Positions 13,900 to 27,236 of a stretch of 64,000 bases of DNA are shown in pieces (within the stretch, counting starts at the first letter, position 1; each line of letters opens with the position of its first letter). The DNA comes from the human T2T-CHM13v2.0 reference genome, Homo sapiens. The translations under genes and the position numbers were made by a program. A model generated the notes under the pieces. It was not told the origin of the DNA. It saw only the letters and a program-made list of their open reading frames with translations, and did not search any database. Where the stretch lies: the NCBI RefSeq assembly GCF_009914755.1, contig NC_060937.1. One strand, given 5' to 3'.

Positions 13900-14335
13900 A
13901 ATTTGATCACAGTCCTCCCTAACTAATCTGATGACAGCTCTCATCTTCCAAGTAGTTAGGTCAAATTATTTGACGTTATTTTGGATCCTTTATTCAACAT
14001 CTACAATTAATTAATCAACAATATATTGTTGTTTCTACCACCAAAATATATTTAGAGGTCCAATGCTTCTCATTGCCACCACTGCCTTTACCCTGGTTTG
14101 TGTGCCATTTTCTCTTGCCAGGATTACTGTTGTAGTCTTCCAGTTTGCCAAATTGCTTCCATATTGGCCCCTCCTTTCCCACTGTCCACCTTTGATTTTG
14201 TTTATTGTTTGTCTATTCCTACTTGCGTATGAATTTCAGGAAAACTTGGATTTTTTTGTTTATTGGAATTTTGTTTTGTACCTAACTAATCCCTAGAAAA
14301 TAACAAATATTCAATAAATTAGTGTTTAATATTTT
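13900..14335 (+). mobile_element. L2 LINE 3' part
   Basis: cttctcattgccaccactgcc, ccattttctcttgccaggattactg and terminal tattcaataaattagtg. Confidence 0.6.
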
Positions 14336-14614
14336 TGTTTAAATGTTATTTTTATTGTCTTGAGTGTATACATGCGGTTATACGTAGGACTAAAAATTAT
14401 GCTAGGATTATGTTATTTTCTGTCTGCCATTTGCTTTAAGGCTGTCTCAAACTCATTGCAACATTATTAGGGACAAATTTGAATGTTTTTCTCCTTACAC
14501 AACACTGAGGGCTTATATTGTTTTCCCATGTTCTAAATTATTCCAAGGTTTTTCTTTTCTTTTCTTTTTTTTCTTTAATTTTAGAGATTTTCTTTCTAGA
14601 GCTATTTTCTCTCC

Positions 14615-14971
14615 TGATATAGTTTGGCTGTGTCTCCATCCAAATCTCATCTTGAATTGTACTCCCATAATTCCCACGTGTCGTGGGAGGGATGCTGTGG
14701 GAGAAAATTGAATCATGGGGGCGGTTTTCCCTGTACTATTTTTGTAGTAGTGAGTAAGTCTCACAACCTATGATGGTTTGATAAGGGGAAACTCATTTCC
14801 CTTGGTTTTCATTCTCTCTCTTGCCACCTGCATGTGAGACGTGCCTTTCACCTTCCGCCATGATTGTGAGGCCTCCCCAGCCATGGGGAACTGTAAGTCC
14901 AACAAACCTCTTTTGTAAATTGCCCAGTCTCAGATATGTCTTTATCAGCAGTGTGAAAATGGACTAATACA
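14615..14971 (+). mobile_element. THE1 (THE1B-like) solo LTR
   Basis: tgatatagtttggctgtgtc...gaaaatggactaataca; 5-bp TSD tctcc at 14610-14614 and 14972-14976. Confidence 0.95.
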
Positions 14972-15399
14972 TCTCCCTTTCAATCTGTAGTGGTCACACT
15001 GTTTCTGCTGCATACTATCACCCTGGGAGAGAATATCATTGTTTTTAGTAAATTTTGAAGTGTTTACTGTGGTTTACTGCATAGTTTTATGTTTCTCACA
15101 GTTTTAGAATTACTTGCCATAAAATAAAATCTTATAGATATTAAGCTTCAATCAGGTATCCAAAATCTTCAAAGCTTTGATATCTCATTATTGCAAACAA
15201 ATGTAATAATTGGTGGACATTTAAGGTAGCCTGATGATATGAAAAAGAAAGATGATGGTAAACAAAAAAAAAAAAAGAAAAAAATACCAAAAATAAACAA
15301 AATTTTTCCAGAAACCAGTATTATCTGAAATTCTTAAATTAGTTTGTGCAAAAATAGCAGCCGAAGGGGCAAGGGGAACATTAAGTATCAGGTAACAAC

Positions 15400-17620
15400 A
15401 ACTCAAATTGCTAATTTCTTATCATAAATCATGGAGGATAGAAGGAAATGGTACATAATTTTCTAGGAGCTGTAAAGAAAGTATGTCTGTATTTTTCCTG
15501 TATTTGATATATCCTTCAGAAATTAAAGTGAAGTAAAGACATTCTCAGATGTAGAAAATCTAGAGATTTAATTGCTAGCATACTAGTGCTAAACAAATTA
15601 CTGAAAAGAAAACTTCTTAAAACAGTGGAAAAATTGAAACACTTGGAACATGAGAAACATTTGATTGAAATGTTAAATAGCTAGATAAATTGAATAAATT
15701 TTTTTTCTTTTCAGTTCTATGAATTTGTCAGTTGAAAAAATAAAACATTTTTTGATAGGGCTTTACATCTATTAAGATATAATACACAATACAAACATAA
15801 CACAGAGTTTAGGTAAATGGATCAATATATAGTATTTTTCCTATTTTCCACTTGAGTTAGTAAAATATTAATACTAAATAGACTCTAAAGATATATATTA
15901 TATTTTAATCTTTAGAGTAACAACTTAAATATATGCAAAGGTATATAAGTGAAAAGAAAATAGGTAATGAAAATAAAATACTACAAATAATATTCTATAA
16001 ACCCACAGAAAGGAAGAATAGAGAAATAGAAGAACCAAACAGAACAAACACAATATGAACAATAAAATGATAAACCTGAATCCTGCTATTTCAATAATGT
16101 TAAATACAACTTGTCATACATATAAAGATAAATTTTTCAGAGAATAAGAACATTACTCAATTATAGCTGCATGAAATTTTCTTAAAATAGAAAATATGTA
16201 GCTTAAATGTAAAAGGATCTAAAAACATATAATGTCAACAAAAATTTAAAGAACAATAAAGTGGCTATATTAATAACAGAGAAAGTAGACTTCAGAGAAA
16301 AAAAACAAACAAAACTACCAGGCATAAAGTACATTATTACAAAATGACAAATGGATCAATTCACTAAGGGGACATAACAAATGTAATTGTGTATCCTTCA
16401 AAATATATGAAGCTAACACTGAAAAATAGAGAAATCCAATATTACAGGTATCAACACCAATCTCTCAGTATTAAACAGAAATAGTAGACATAGTTTGAGT
16501 ATCCCTACAGAAAAACTGAAAACTACCATCAACCACCTGGATCTAATTTCAATTTATATAACACTCAATGAGCAATGTGCGTTCCTTTCAAGTGTACCTG
16601 GAACATTCACCAAATAAGATTGTTTATGAGATTGTAAAATTACTACCTATTGGGGGCTATGCTTATGACCCAGGTGATGAATTCAGTTGTACCCTAAACT
16701 TCATCATTACATAACATACATTTGTAACAAACCTGCACATGTACCCCCCGTATCTAAAATAAAAGTTGAAAAAGAAAAAATGATAAAGTAAACCCTGACA
16801 GTTTTAAAATGAAATCATATATAAATTCTCTTCTCTGATCGTTATGAAATTAAACTAGAAAAAAAAAACCAGCAAAATTTCCAAACATGTGGAAATCAAC
16901 TGTTTCTAAATAAACCATGGGTCAAAGAGGAACTAAAAATTATAGAAAATATTTTGAACTAAACTAATATAAAAATACAAAATATCAAAATTAATGGGAT
17001 ACAACTAAAGCAGTTCTTCACAATATTAAACATCAGAAAATGTTGTTTAATGTTGTTTAATACATGACCATATAATTAATACAGAAAAATGCATGAATCC
17101 AAATTTAATATTTATTCCTGATGAAAAATTCTCAGCAAACTATAAATACAAGATAACTTCCTCAACCTGATAAAGGACTTATATAAAAATCTACAGTTCA
17201 TATTATTCTTAACAGTGAAAGGTGGAAGAGCTTATTCCAAAAATTGGGAACAAGAGAAGGAAACCCCTTTCCCTCTCCTGCTGGAAATATTGCTCAATTT
17301 ACTAAGAAAGGAAAAAGAAATACAAGACCTAACTCTTAGAAAAAAGAAATAAAGTACTACATGTTCAAAGAAGACATGACTGTCATTGTAGAAAATCAAT
17401 TAGAATCTTTAAATATACAATTAAAATTAATATGTGCATTTATCAACGTTACAAAATACAACACAATAAAAAGTCAATGTAAAAATCAACTATATTAATT
17501 TAATATAGCACAGAACATTTCAGATGAGAATAAAAAATATTATGCCACTTACAATACTTTCAAAAATAAAATATTTATATATAAATCTAACTAAATATCA
17601 TAAGGAGTGTGAATTAAAAA
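15400..17620 (+). mobile_element. Old L1M (ORF1 end, inter-ORF, deleted ORF2 pieces)
   Basis: taaagacattctcagat, aaagtagacttcagag, gaacattcaccaaa, aacttcctcaacctgataaagg, gaagacatgactgtcattgtagaaaatc. Confidence 0.75.
16640..16781 (+). mobile_element. Short L1PA16/17-like 3' end nested in L1M
   Basis: actacctattggg...tgtaacaaacctgcacatgtaccccccgtatctaaaataaaagttgaaaaag. Confidence 0.8.
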
Positions 17621-17824
17621 GAGTGTATTTTTCTGAGTGTAATTTGAACTTTTAGTTGATTTTGAGACACTCCAAATTAGATTTAAAGATTATTCTAGTC
17701 AATGCCCCAGAATAACTACATGGGAGCAATTAGTAAGATATTGATTCAAAGAAGTAAAAAAATATGTAGTCCTAGAATAGAGTGACGAAAAGTGGCTAAG
17801 CTCATAATATGTGTTAAACATACA

Positions 17825-18760
17825 CATCAGCAAACTTGCTTATGGATTGAAGGTAAAAGGGGAATCAAATATGAATTGAGATATATGGGCATGACAATTG
17901 TGTAACTAGTAAATGAAGTTACTTCATTTACTAAAATGAAGAAGACTATGGAGGAATCATGTGATGAGGAAGTCCGCAAATTGCAATTTTGGACATGTTA
18001 AGTTTGAAATAGTTGTTTTCCAAGATTCAAAATGAGAAATAAAATATACCAGAAGTAAAATATAGTAGAACTTAGTAGAGAGGTCAAAGTTCTTATTTCA
18101 GCCAAATAACCTAGAGTAAGCATACTTAAGAAACACATACACACACACACAGACACACACAAACAGTTGAAAACAAAGTCTGGAGACAGTCCACCATTTT
18201 GTACCAAGAAAGAGAGGCAAAAGAAAAAAAAAAAAGAAAAGCAGGTGGAGGGGGAGTGGCTAGTAGAGTAGGAAGAGACAACAAAGTAGTATATCACTTC
18301 AGAAACAAAGTGAAGAAAAATGTAGAAGCATACAAGTGTTTATATAAGTGGTATAAATATATAGTATAAAATACTTTTAAGAGTTTGAATTGACAACTGA
18401 AAAGTGAACAATTAAATTTAGCAGTATTAGGTACCTCTGATAAGATAGTGTGATAAAGGTTTGGTGTAGATTGAAAATGAGATAGAAAAAAGAAAAATAA
18501 AAACTGTGTATAATTTTTTTAGAAAACTTTGATATAAAATGTAATAGAAATAAAGAACAGAAAATAGGAACATATTGTTGATGGAAAGAGACATAGAAAG
18601 ACTTTTTAAAATGAAGATAGATATTACAGCATGTGTGAATGTTGACTGGACTGGGCAGCCACTAAAATGGAAAAAAAAATAATGCTGAAAAATAAAGGTG
18701 TTATACAGGAACAAATGACCTGGCTATAGTAGAGTAGATGAGAACAAATGCACAAGTTGA
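17825..18760 (-). mobile_element. L2 LINE fragment
   Basis: ttttggacatgttaagtttgaaat and catttactaaaatgaagaagact are typical antisense L2; purine-rich. Confidence 0.6.
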
Positions 18761-18769
18761 GTAGCCTTT

Positions 18770-19290
18770 TTTTACTGCCATCTATTGCTACGTAACAAAT
18801 CACTCCAAATTTACTGGCTTAGAAAAGAGTGTATTGTATCTCATAATTTTGTGAATCAGAAATTTGAGCAAGGCTGGGATGGATAGTTTTTTTGCCCTAG
18901 GAGATTTTAACTTAGGTCATTTCAAAAATGTTTTTACCTTGTGATTGGTACCTAAGTAGACATGACTGGAAGGCTAGGTTTAGCCAGACCATTGACTGAA
19001 CAGCATTCACGTAGTCTATCTAATGTATCAATCTCATAGCAGTCAACAATTTTGCATGCGACTCAGGGGCATCAAGGAAAGAGCATCAAGAGTCCAGACA
19101 TAATCTGCAATGTATTTTATGACATACCTCAAAATGTACAGAACATCGCTTCTGCCACAATATAATGTTCAATTCCTTACATCCAACTAGATTCAAGGGA
19201 AGATACATTAGTTTACCTGTTAATGTAAAGGATGTTGAAGCATGTTGAAAGCATGTTGAAGGATGTGCAGTTATTTTTAATGTACTTTAA
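18770..19290 (-). mobile_element. Old MaLR LTR (MLT1F-H-like)
   Basis: ctattgctacgtaacaaatcactccaaatt...tctcataattttgtgaatcagaaattt; catcgcttctgccaca; agattcaaggga. Confidence 0.6.
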
Positions 19291-19711
19291 CCTTGCAATG
19301 TCATCACCAGATTTTAGTAGCTGTTAAGTATTAAAAAGCTTTAATCTATTTGAGGGTTTATTTAGTGTTTACTTTAAAAATATTTACTTATTAGATTTTT
19401 TAATAGAAAGATCTTATTAAATACAGTTGCCAAAATCTCTTTGAGTTTTAGACAAACTAATTCTATTATTTTCTTTTGAAATAAATACCTTTTGTTATTT
19501 ATATTAAATATTAAATTAATTGGTAAATTATAGTGTATTTGATACATATCAGGTGTTAGCTTATGGTACCTTTTGGCATTTTCTTTCCAAATCAGCATGC
19601 ATTTGCGAAATACTTCAAAATTAAATCAAAGCTGAGCTCAAATTACAGACGAATTACCTTCCATACAACCTTATTGTATTTAATAAAGTCCAATTTACCT
19701 TGGACAAAATG

Positions 19712-19749
19712 GTGTGTGTGTGCGTGCATGCGTGTGTGTGTGTGTGTGT
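19712..19749. repeat. (TG)n microsatellite, interrupted
   Basis: gtgtgtgtgtgcgtgcatgcgtgtgtgtgtgtgtgtgt. Confidence 0.9.
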
Positions 19750-21029
19750 AAGCTGACAAAAGTCATTACAGGAACAAAGGAAAAGGAGTAGCCAAGAAAA
19801 CCTAAAATACTAGGAAGAGAGTACAACCCATGAGCAAGAAAAAGCAATAAAAGTGGAGAAAAAGAGAGGGAGGAGAAAAACCACAAAGTATAGTAAGTCT
19901 ACTGCTGTCACAATTTGTCAAATATTTTTTATGACTAAATTTCTCATTCTGAGATAATTAACATTTCAGGTGAAAACTGGTATGAGTAAAGGAAGAGGGA
20001 TGGTTAACAAGACTGCAACCAAGTTAGGTGTTGTGCTGAGATCTACTTCAGGGAAAAAATGGAATGAACAGTCTACAATTACCATTATCCCAATTTGGAA
20101 TTAGTAAAATGGCTTGATGACAGTTAAATAAGCTCCGTGTTTAATACCCAATAAAATAAAATAAAATAAAATATTTTCTTTAAAATTAATGACATTGAAA
20201 TGATATAACATATCTATTTAAATTGATACATTTTTGAACAAAAAATAGATTGTTAAATTTGTTTTTTTGACAATCAAGATGATTGATTTTAAAAAGAAAT
20301 TCTGATGCCAATCTTAGAAAATACTGAGAGAATTTAAAAATGTATATGACTTCCTCACCAAACTACAGATTAGTATGTCCTGTTGCTGTTTGCATCCCAT
20401 CTGTGAATAATGTGAAGAAATACAGCTGCTTCTGAATTAAATACTCTTCTTCCTAATTTACATCTTTATTTCACTAGAGAAATGATTAAGAGATTTTTTT
20501 TTAAAAGCACTAAAACAGATGTCATTGAGAATGACCAAGTTTTACAACCTAAGTTGTAGTTCATAAAACTAGTAAAAAAAATGAGTTATATATCCTTCAT
20601 TGACTCAATCACTAAATGAATGACATGAAATATATACAGAGACCAAAGAACGCCTTCCTTCCTAAATTGTGTGTATTTGTATGCGAGTTTGTGTATATGT
20701 GGGTTGCCTTCTAAAGTAGAAATACAAATACATCAAAGAGATTCAGACTATGCTTCTTAAAAGTTAATGCATATAGCAAACTGATAAAACCAATGATTGA
20801 TCTTTCTGTTCCTAATATTTTACTCACAAACCCTTCACACTAGAGCTGATTCTTATTAAAATAGATCTGCTCATCTTTTCTTTTTACATTTTTCTTGCTC
20901 AAAATTATTTGGGAACTCCTCATTAAAATATATTTTGTAGGCCAATTCTTTGATCTTAAAAACCCTAACAAAATGAGGTACCAATATATCGTCTCATTTT
21001 CCACTACCTCACCATCTTACTTAGCCACA

Positions 21030-21350
21030 ATGTCCTCTCACTTATCACTCACTCATGTTATTCTTGGTGCTCCAATGCTCTTCTCCTGCTGTTTACTTTC
21101 AACAGAGTCATCATTCAAAGGTCAACTCAAATGCCACATCTGTGAATGCTCCTCTAATTTTCTCTACTCTGTCAAAATTCACACATTCCTTTGATTATCA
21201 CATTTTTTGTTATTCCTTATAACATTTAGATAATTTATCTCATATTAGTGGTAATTCTGTAAATCTGCTCCATGTAGTAAAACTAAGTCTGCATCTTTGT
21301 CAAGTATTTGTGCCCCTGTATCCCACACAATTGCTCATTCAATACATTCT
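21030..21350 (+). mobile_element. L2 3' fragment
   Basis: tcattcaaaggtcaactcaaatgccacatct. Confidence 0.4.
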
Positions 21351-21763
21351 TTACACATCAATGCGTATATTCATAAGGAATAACAGCTACCTGTACAAAA
21401 ATGATTTATTTAACAGCAGAAGCTAATAAATTTAAGAGGAGAGAAACATAGCTAAATTTATCTTAACTAAATTTAGAAAGTAGAATGTTTACAATCAGGC
21501 CTTGCATCCATGAGTAGTTTTTGAGAAGGTGCATTTTATGTTAAGAATTATACTTTAATTCTTTCATTTCTTAATTTCAGGCTATTTTGAATTGTATAAC
21601 CAATTAGATTTCTCTAATAAAAAGAAACATAAATAGCATATATGTATTTTTATATCCTTGATATTCTTTTGGTAGTTTATAACTTGGTACTTTTAAGTGA
21701 CATCTTAATAAATTTTCAAATTTAATTATAAATTGTTAAATTAAAAATGACCTATAGAATTTT

Positions 21764-22282
21764 TTTTGCTTCATTGTAAGGATTAGTATATATTAATAAA
21801 CTCATACAAAGACTTTCAAATATTCTCTTTTACACATAAGGAGAAATTGCACTTGAAGGTTTTTTTTTTCATTTGATGAATAAATTTAGCCATTAGAGTC
21901 TCTAGTCTTATTGTCTTTAAATATATGTGTCAAAGCTGGAAATTTAGCATAAACCTGAAGCCTTAATAGTTGTTATTTTACAAAGTTCTATTACCAGTTA
22001 TGGAACACTGACATTTGAAATATTTTGGCAATGCCAGAAGCACCACTATCATTAAAAGTACCCTAAAAGAAACAAGGATAACTTTCTTTATTGACCTAAA
22101 AAAAGCTTTTCAGAAATCATTTTTCTAACAAAACTTTGTATACATTATTGTGTCAAATACAATATTTAATGCACTAATAAGCTGAAGAAACAAAATATAA
22201 CTAGGTTTACGTAAATGTCATTAAAAGCACTAGAAAGTTTTATATGACAAAGCATTTAGTATATTTCATTGATTTTCAAATA
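21764..22282 (+). repeat. Long inverted repeat, left arm (519 bp)
   Basis: Reverse complement of 22720-23237 by manual alignment: 7 substitutions, 3 indels. Confidence 0.97.
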
Positions 22283-22719
22283 TAAGCATTTAATAAAATG
22301 TTATAAGCATTTAATAAAAATAAAAATATATTATCCTCAATGAGGTAGAAAAATGCATTCTAAATATTCATTTAAATTATATTTTCATTTCTTAAGCAAC
22401 TGACTTTGAAATACTTTCCTTGAAAATTGAGGCAAAAGTTTCTATAACATTTCCCTGAAAAGCTTTAATAGTGAACAATTTTATTCCTACAAAACATATT
22501 TTATTTGAATATATACAATAAAAATTACATAAAGCTAACTTCAAAGACTAATACAGTTATTTTATGTAAGTAACATTAGCATTAGTCCAAAAATAGATAT
22601 TTCTAAAAAGTATTGGGAGAGATCCTTAGGTGATATATAATTCATTATCATGCAGTACAATTTTAAAGCAAGTTTTTAAACTGTTTGAAACAATGGTGTC
22701 TTTGTGGATATAAATAAAG

Positions 22720-23237
22720 TATTTGAAAATCAATGAAATATACTAAATTCTTTGTCATATAAAACTTTCTAGTGCTTTTAATGACATTTATGTTAAACCT
22801 AATTATATTTTGTTTCTTCAACTTATTAGTGCATTAAATATTGTATTTGACACAATAATGTATACAAAGTTTTGTTAGAAAAATGATTTCTGAAAAGCTT
22901 TGGGTCAATAAAGAAAGTTATCCTTGTTTCTTTTAGGGTACTTTTAATGATAGTGGTGCTTCTGGCATTACCAAAATATTTCAAATGTCAGTGTTCCATA
23001 ACTGGTAATAGAACTTTGTAAAAGAACAACTATTAAGGCTTCAGGTTTATGCTAAATTTCCAGCTTTGACACATATATTTAAAGACAATAAGACTAGAGA
23101 CTCTAATGGCTAAATTTATTCATCAAATGAAAAAAAAAAAACCTTCAAGTGCAATTTCTCCTTATGTGTAAAAGAGAATATTTGAAAGTCTTTGTATGAG
23201 TTTATTAATATATACTAATCCTTACAATGAAGCAAAA
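22720..23237 (-). repeat. Long inverted repeat, right arm (518 bp)
   Basis: For example, line 23161-23220 is the exact reverse complement of 21781-21840. Confidence 0.97.
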
Positions 23238-26200
23238 TAATAAACATGACACTTTTAAAATTTAACATACTTTTATCTTAGAAAAATAGTCTGCCATTTT
23301 ATAAAAGAATATATATAATTTCAAACATATTGTAAAATAGAAGTATTTTCACTATGTATAATGAAATGAAATTAAATGCCCAAGTTTTAAATGGCCAGAT
23401 GCTTCGTGGTAACTATACTCAAAAGAACCATCTATCATTTATTGCTCCCCACCTGGCCAGTGTTTTTCAAGAGGCATCCTGCAATTAGAATCCCAATATT
23501 TGGAATTGTTTCACTCATTATTCTTATTAGCTGCTTTAGCTATTTCAGTAGTTTTATGGGGGCAAAAATGATATGTTGTAGTTTTTTTTGACAGTCTTTA
23601 CAGAGTCATTTTCTAACAAAATATTTTTTAAATGTATGAGTTTGTGTGAAGTAAAATTTTACACCAAAATAAGTTTATATAAGAGCAATTTGATATCCCC
23701 CATTATTGAAATGACAAGCCTGTAAGACCATTGCATTATTTGTGATATAATGTGGTCAATTATGGTTCATCATTTCTTAGTAAAATTGAAATGATATTTC
23801 AAATTTTGAACTCTAGAAAATACATTTAAGATGAAACTCACTTTCTCCAAATTTTCCATCATATACATATATAATTAAGATTTTTATATTTTTATTCAAG
23901 ATCTCAGTGCTACCCAAGTCTGTAAGAGCTAAGAACATTAAACCATTTAACAAAATGTTGTAAATGAATGATGTGCAAGACATTATAGTAAGCATTTTGT
24001 ATGACACAAAGGCAAAAACCACATGGTTCCTACTCTTAAAAATTTCAAGGTCCAGTTAACAGTATCAGTCACAGAAACACTGAATTAATTGGTAAATTTG
24101 GCAACAAACACAGAGTGGGAGAGAAAACGAGAATTAAAAATAACTGTTCTATGAGGATCAGAAAATATCTTAAAAAGGAAGAAGAGGCATCAAAGAGAGA
24201 ATCTTATTTTCATAAGCAGAAAGAGGTGATAAAAATTTTGACTGAACTATTTAAAAACTCAGACATTTATCTATATATATTTATACACAAATGTTAGAGT
24301 TTGAAATATCACACCCAGCTGTTAGAAGACATCAAGTTTACACTTGCAAATTATAGAAATGTTAATATTAGAAAATTTAATTTTCAAATGTTCAATTAGA
24401 AATAAAAATAACAAGAACTAGACAATAAAACAAAATCATCACAAAACCATAACCTATCTTGGAAGGGTTTATGCTTGAGATGTAGGGTGAACAGAATAAA
24501 TTTGGGAGGTGGAGCAAGATGGTCAAATAGAACCCTTCAGTAATTGTTCCCCCTACAGAAACACCAAATTAATAAACACCTATCATGTAAAAAGAAAACA
24601 TCTTCATAAAAAACAAAAATTAAGCTAAGGGATCACAGTACCTGGTTTTAGCATTGTAACAAGGAAAGACACAATGAAGATTATAGGAAGGACAATTTCA
24701 ACAGTGCCTACACCACCCCTCTCTCATCCCCAGGCAGTGCAGCCACAGCAGAGAATCTGTGCCTTTAGGAGAGGGACAGCAAAGTGATTGTGGAATATTG
24801 CATTAAAACTAAGTGTTGCCTTGTCACAGTAGAATACAGTACTGGACAGAATTCTGCTGGTGCTCATGGAAGGAGCATTTAGACTGGCCCTGCACCAGAG
24901 GAGAATTCTCTTCTCTGGCAGAAGAAACCTGAGTCTTGGCCCATTTCACTACCACCTAACTAAAGTGTCCTGGGCCCTAAATAAATGTGAACGGTAATCA
25001 GGCCATAGGGACTGCAGTCCTTGGGCAAGACTTGGACATGTGGACACGGGGTACAGGCCAGCATAACACCAGCTGTGGTAGCTATGGAATTGCATGCATC
25101 ACCCCTCCCCCAATTCCAAGAAGTACAGGGTGCAAAGAAACTTCTATCTGGGGAAAGGAGAGGGAAGAGTACAATGGACTTTGTCTTGCAACCAGATACC
25201 AGCTCAGACAGAAAAATAAAGAACCAGGAAGAATCCTGAGGCCTCCAGTTTTAGACCTCTGCTCCCCAATGGGAATTCTAGGCCCACACCATGCCAGAAA
25301 GGAATCTGCTGCCCTGGTGTAACAGAGTCCTAACAGGATTCACCACCTGCTGACTAAAGTAGCCTTGGACCTTGAATAAACATTAGCAAAAGCCAGGCAG
25401 TAGCAGCCACAGGTCTTGGGTGAATCCTGCCTGGTACTATGTTGGTCAGGGAGGTTCTCAGCTTTGTGGGTGAGCCAGTGCCGTGCCAACTCTGGGAGCC
25501 ACATCAGCCCTGTCCCAACTCCAGGCAGCCTAGCCAGAAGAAAAATTTCTTATCCTAGGGGGAAAGAACTGGAAGAGAATGAGGGATTTTACCTGGGAAC
25601 CATGAAATTTGCTCTTATTTTCCCCAAATTTACCATAGCTGTGTATCTGAGCGTCAGCAAGAGTCACAACGTACCTTGACTTAGAGTGCCCCCCAGTGTT
25701 GAAACAGCTGCAGTGACCACAGGCTTAGGGAACTTAAAATTCAATTCCCTTAGGATTTGGGGAACTGCCTTTCTCCAGGGTGGGTTAAAACAAGACCAGA
25801 CTACGAAGATTGAAATAAACACCTATCTCTGTAATGCCCTGATATTAATGAAAATTTACAAACATCAAGAGGTTCCAGGAAATACGATCTCACCAAACGG
25901 ACTAAATAAGGCAACAGTGACCAATCCTAGAGTAGCAATGATATGTGACATCTGAGATAAGGAATTCAAAATAGCCGTTTTGAGGAAGCTAGATGAATTT
26001 CAAGATCTCACAAGGAAAAAATTCAAAATTCTATCAGAAAAACTTAAAGAGTTTGAAATAATTTTTGAAAAACAGGAAATTCTGGAGTTAAAAAATTTAA
26101 TTGATAAACTATAAAATGCATCAGTGTCTCAACAGCAGAATTGATCAAGCAGAAGAAAGAATTAGTAAGCTCATAGGCTATTTTAAATTATACAGCTAGA

Positions 26201-27187
26201 GGAGAAAAAAGAAATTAATTTTTTAAAATATGCTTACAGGATTTAGAAAATAGCCTCAAAAGGGAAAATTTAAGTGTTATTGATCTTAAAAAAGATGTAT
26301 TCATATAAATAATAACAGAACTTTTCAAACAGAGAAATATATAAATACCTAGGTACAAGAAAGTCAAAGAACACAAAGAAAATTCCACCTACATAAAACT
26401 GCCCCAAGGTATATGATAATCAAACTCTCAACAGTCAAAAACAAAGAAAGGATCCTAAAACCACCAAGAAGAAAGAAGCTAATAACAAATAAAAAAGCTC
26501 TGATATATCTGGAAGGAGACTTGTGTGGAAACTTTACAGGCCAGTTGAGAGTGAGATGATGTACTTAAAGTGCTGAAGGAAAAAACAAACAAACAAACAA
26601 AACAAAACCAAAAACCTATTCAACCAAGAATACTGTATGCAGCAAAGTTTCTCACCAAATATGGAGGTGATATAAAGGCTTTTCCAGACAAACAAAAGCT
26701 GAGACTTTTTATCAACAACAGCTCTGTCCTACAAGAAATGCTGAAGGTTTAAACTCACAGGTAAAAGTAAGTAAACAGACAAATTCAGAATGCTCAAATA
26801 TTGTATTTGTGATGTATAAACCACTGGTATCCTTAGTATGAAGACTAAAAGACAAACCTATCAAAAATAATAATAACAAGTTGTTAATAGAGAGACAACA
26901 TAAAATATATGAAGAGGGAAAACAAAAAAGGTAAAAATGTAGGGGACATGAAGTTAAAGTGTAGAGGTTTTTTTTTTTTTTTAATTTTCTCTTTGCCTGC
27001 TTGTTGTTCTTTAATTTTCTTTGTAATCAGAGTTAAGCTGTCGTCAGTTTAAAATAATTGCTTAGAAGATTTTTTTGCAAGTCTCATGGAAGCCATGAAG
27101 CAAAATTCTGTAGGAGATACACAAAAAATAAAAAATATATATTAAAACATCCTTCCAGAGAAAATCACCTAGAAATCACCTACAAAG

Positions 27188-27188
<1 letters not shown>

Positions 27189-27228
<40 letters not shown>
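27189..27228. repeat. (CA)~20 microsatellite in the L1 inter-ORF region
   Basis: Perfect ac repeat. Confidence 0.95.

Positions 27229-27236
<8 letters not shown>

Noticed and set aside
21764-23237. Inverted repeat as an autonomous DNA transposon with long TIRs
   Set aside because: No transposase ORF, no TSD seen, and ~98% arm identity is at odds with the age of primate DNA transposons; kept as a finding only as a local inverted duplication
23606-23622. tcattttctaacaaaa resembling 22117-22133 in the repeat arm
   Set aside because: Short AT-rich match, expected by chance
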